DNA of 64,000 nucleotides from positions 1 through 64,000 of the forward strand of contig BROI01000012.1 in the NCBI GenBank assembly GCA_027923505.1. Reading direction: 5' to 3'. Source of the stretch: Mayamaea pseudoterrestris. Lineage: Eukaryota. The notes under the pieces are model-generated. The model searched no databases. It saw only the letters and a program-made list of their open reading frames with translations, and was not told the DNA's origin. Shown in pieces: positions 62,301-64,000 of the stretch (positions within the stretch are counted from its first letter, which is position 1; each line of letters begins with the position of its first letter). The position numbers and the translations under genes were made by a program.

Positions 62301-63257
62301 TCCCCTAAAACACCAACCAAGCCTACTATCTTGTAGCGCAGCCTGAAAAAGGATGTTGGCACCATTCTGGTGTAATTTGAGCACCTACAGGGCTGGCTGT
62401 AGGGGCGTTTGAATGTCATGGCATCTGCAGGCTGAGACTGGTGACAAGTTGTCACCAAATACATTGCCATCCCCTGAGACACCAACCAAGCCTACCATCT
62501 TGTAGCGCATCCTAACAAATGATGTTGGCACCAGTCTGGTGTAATTTGGGCACCTACTGGGCTTGCTGTAGGGGCGTTTGAATGTCATGGCATCTGCGGG
62601 CTGCGACTGGTGACAAGTTGTCACCAAATACATTGCCATCCCCTGAGACACCAACCAAGCCTACCATCTTGTAGCGCATCCTAACAAATGATGTTGGCAC
62701 CAGTCTGGTGTAATTTGGGCACCTACCGGGCTTGCTGTAGGGGCGTTTGAATGTCAAGGCACCTGAAGGCTGAGACTGGTGACAAGTTGTCATCATATAC
62801 ATTGCCATCCCCTGAGACACCAACCAAGCCTACCATCGTGTAGCGCAGCCTGAAAAAGGATGTTGGCACCATTCTGGTGTAATTTGGGCACCTACAGGGC
62901 TTGCTGTAGGGGCATTTGAATGTCATGGCATCTGCGAGCTGAGACTGGTGACAAGTTGTCACCAAATACATTGCCATCCCCTGAGACACCAACCAAGCCT
63001 ATCATCTTGTAGCGCAGCCTGAAAAAGGATGTTGGCACCATTCTGGTGTAATTTGGGCACCTACCGGGCTTGCTGTAGGGGCGTTTGAATGTCAAGGCAC
63101 CTGCAGGCTGAGATTGGTGACAAGTTGTCACCAAATACATTGCCATCCCCTGAGACACCAACCAAGCCTACCTTCGTGTAGCGCAGCCTGAAAAAGGATG
63201 CTGGCACCATTCTGGTGTAATTTGGGCGCCTACAGGGCTTGCTGTAGGGGCGTTTGA
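50338..63257 (+). repeat. Satellite A right array, 169-bp monomer, ~76 copies (~12.9 kb), same orientation as the left array
   Basis: Period 169, e.g. repeated ORF ends at 56122, 56291, 56460 and 56629. Ends abruptly at ggggcgtttga (63257). Confidence 0.98.
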
Positions 63258-63499
63258 GGCGCGAAATTAGCGGGCGTCGTTTCGTCGTTTTGGGTTTCAT
63301 CGTTTCATCGTTTGAAACGACGCGCGCGCGTGAGTTTAGCGGTCGTTTCGTCGTTTCATTGGTTCAAGCCAAAACGTCAATACACGTCAGCATTACTTAA
63401 CCCTCTGACTTTTGGGACTGAAAACCCACGATCAAAGAATCGCCAATGTTGTGGTCCCGCACAAAGCAGTGCATATCTTCCTTCTTAATAGAGCTATTA

Positions 63500-64000
63500 T
63501 CATTCTTTTTTGCCAGGTGGCTTCTCTTTAGTGCCCGGGATTGCATATTGATAGACCGACGGCTTGATTCTTTCTTGTTCCCGTGGCGTACGCCATACAA
63601 GTTGACGCATTTTGATGCGCTCTTCTCTGACAAGTCGCAGAGCGGCGAAGTCAAGAGCCCGAACCCTAATTAGCTTGTGTCGAGTCCGCAGCTGTCGTAT
63701 GTGACATGTGAATGAAGAAAGTGCGCAACCGTCGTGTGGATGCGTTGTATGAATGGAACGACCAGTTACGACTGATGTAATGTGATTGAAAGAAACGGAT
63801 TGATCGGATGATCTTCCGAGTGGTCGATGTAGCGATGTAGCGATAAGCTCACAATATAGAACTACTAGTTTGCGCGAGGAGTGCAGTTCGTGTAGTGGCG
63901 AGCGCAAGACTATTCGACGAGCCATCTCCATCAAGAGCTGTACAGACCGTGGCCAAGGACCCTGTATCGGAGCTTTTTGGAGGTAAGACGTTGACTGCGA
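63500..64000 (-). CDS. Possible 3' end of a spliced hypothetical gene entering from beyond the window
   Basis: Open minus frame from the window end to 63853, a GTGAGC donor at 63852, a candidate TAG acceptor at 63666, then an in-frame last exon VRALDFAALRLVREERIKMRQLVWRTPREQ...KKE*. No homology recognised. Confidence 0.3.
   Translation of the reverse strand, partial: SQSTSYLQKAPIQGPWPRSVQLLMEMARRIVLRSPLHELHSSRKLVVLYCELIATSLHRPLGRSSDQSVSFNHITSVVTGRSIHTTHPHDGCALSSFTCHIRQLRTRHKLIRVRALDFAALRLVREERIKMRQLVWRTPREQERIKPSVYQYAIPGTKEKPPGKKE

Noticed and set aside
50338..63257. CRISPR-like array (palindromic 19-mer at regular spacing)
   Set aside because: The sequence between palindromes is near-identical from unit to unit rather than unique spacers. 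There are no cas genes and the context is eukaryotic.
50368..63300. Dozens of ~88-aa minus-strand ORFs (MSQGMAMYLVTTCHQSQPADA...), also at 21600-23929
   Set aside because: By-products of the 169-bp (3n+1) monomer. The listed starts are mostly non-ATG, stops recur in every cycle, and indels between copies ignore frame.

Overview
Eukaryotic nuclear DNA, almost certainly from a diatom and probably a pennate one. Evidence: short GT-AG introns, bipartite ASAFAP-type plastid leaders, a head-to-head VDL2-ZEP1 fucoxanthin gene pair and a nuclear petC. Positions 1-6.4 kb are ORF-poor, with a 67-bp tandem duplication and a 42-bp minisatellite. Positions 6.4-21.2 kb are a compact gene block: LSM14/Scd6, an Fpg/Nei-UNG fusion glycosylase, VDL2, ZEP1, Cns1/TTC4, a MAN1/Src1-like membrane protein, a hypothetical gene, PAC3, ISD11 and an XPA-like gene lacking the zinc finger. 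Positions 21.6-63.3 kb are mostly tandem satellites with nucleosome-sized monomers: SatA 169 bp (~12 and ~76 copies), SatB 172 bp (~126 copies plus a remnant) and SatC ~183 bp (~3 copies). They enclose a ~3.7-kb unique island with an intact petC. The two main leads are (i) the single-ORF Nei-UNG fusion, with a putative organellar leader and a Nei half resembling giant-virus Nei1, and (ii) the composite, CpG-depleted, dyad-rich satellite domain, a candidate centromeric or heterochromatic locus. All protein calls come from motif recognition; no database searches were run.
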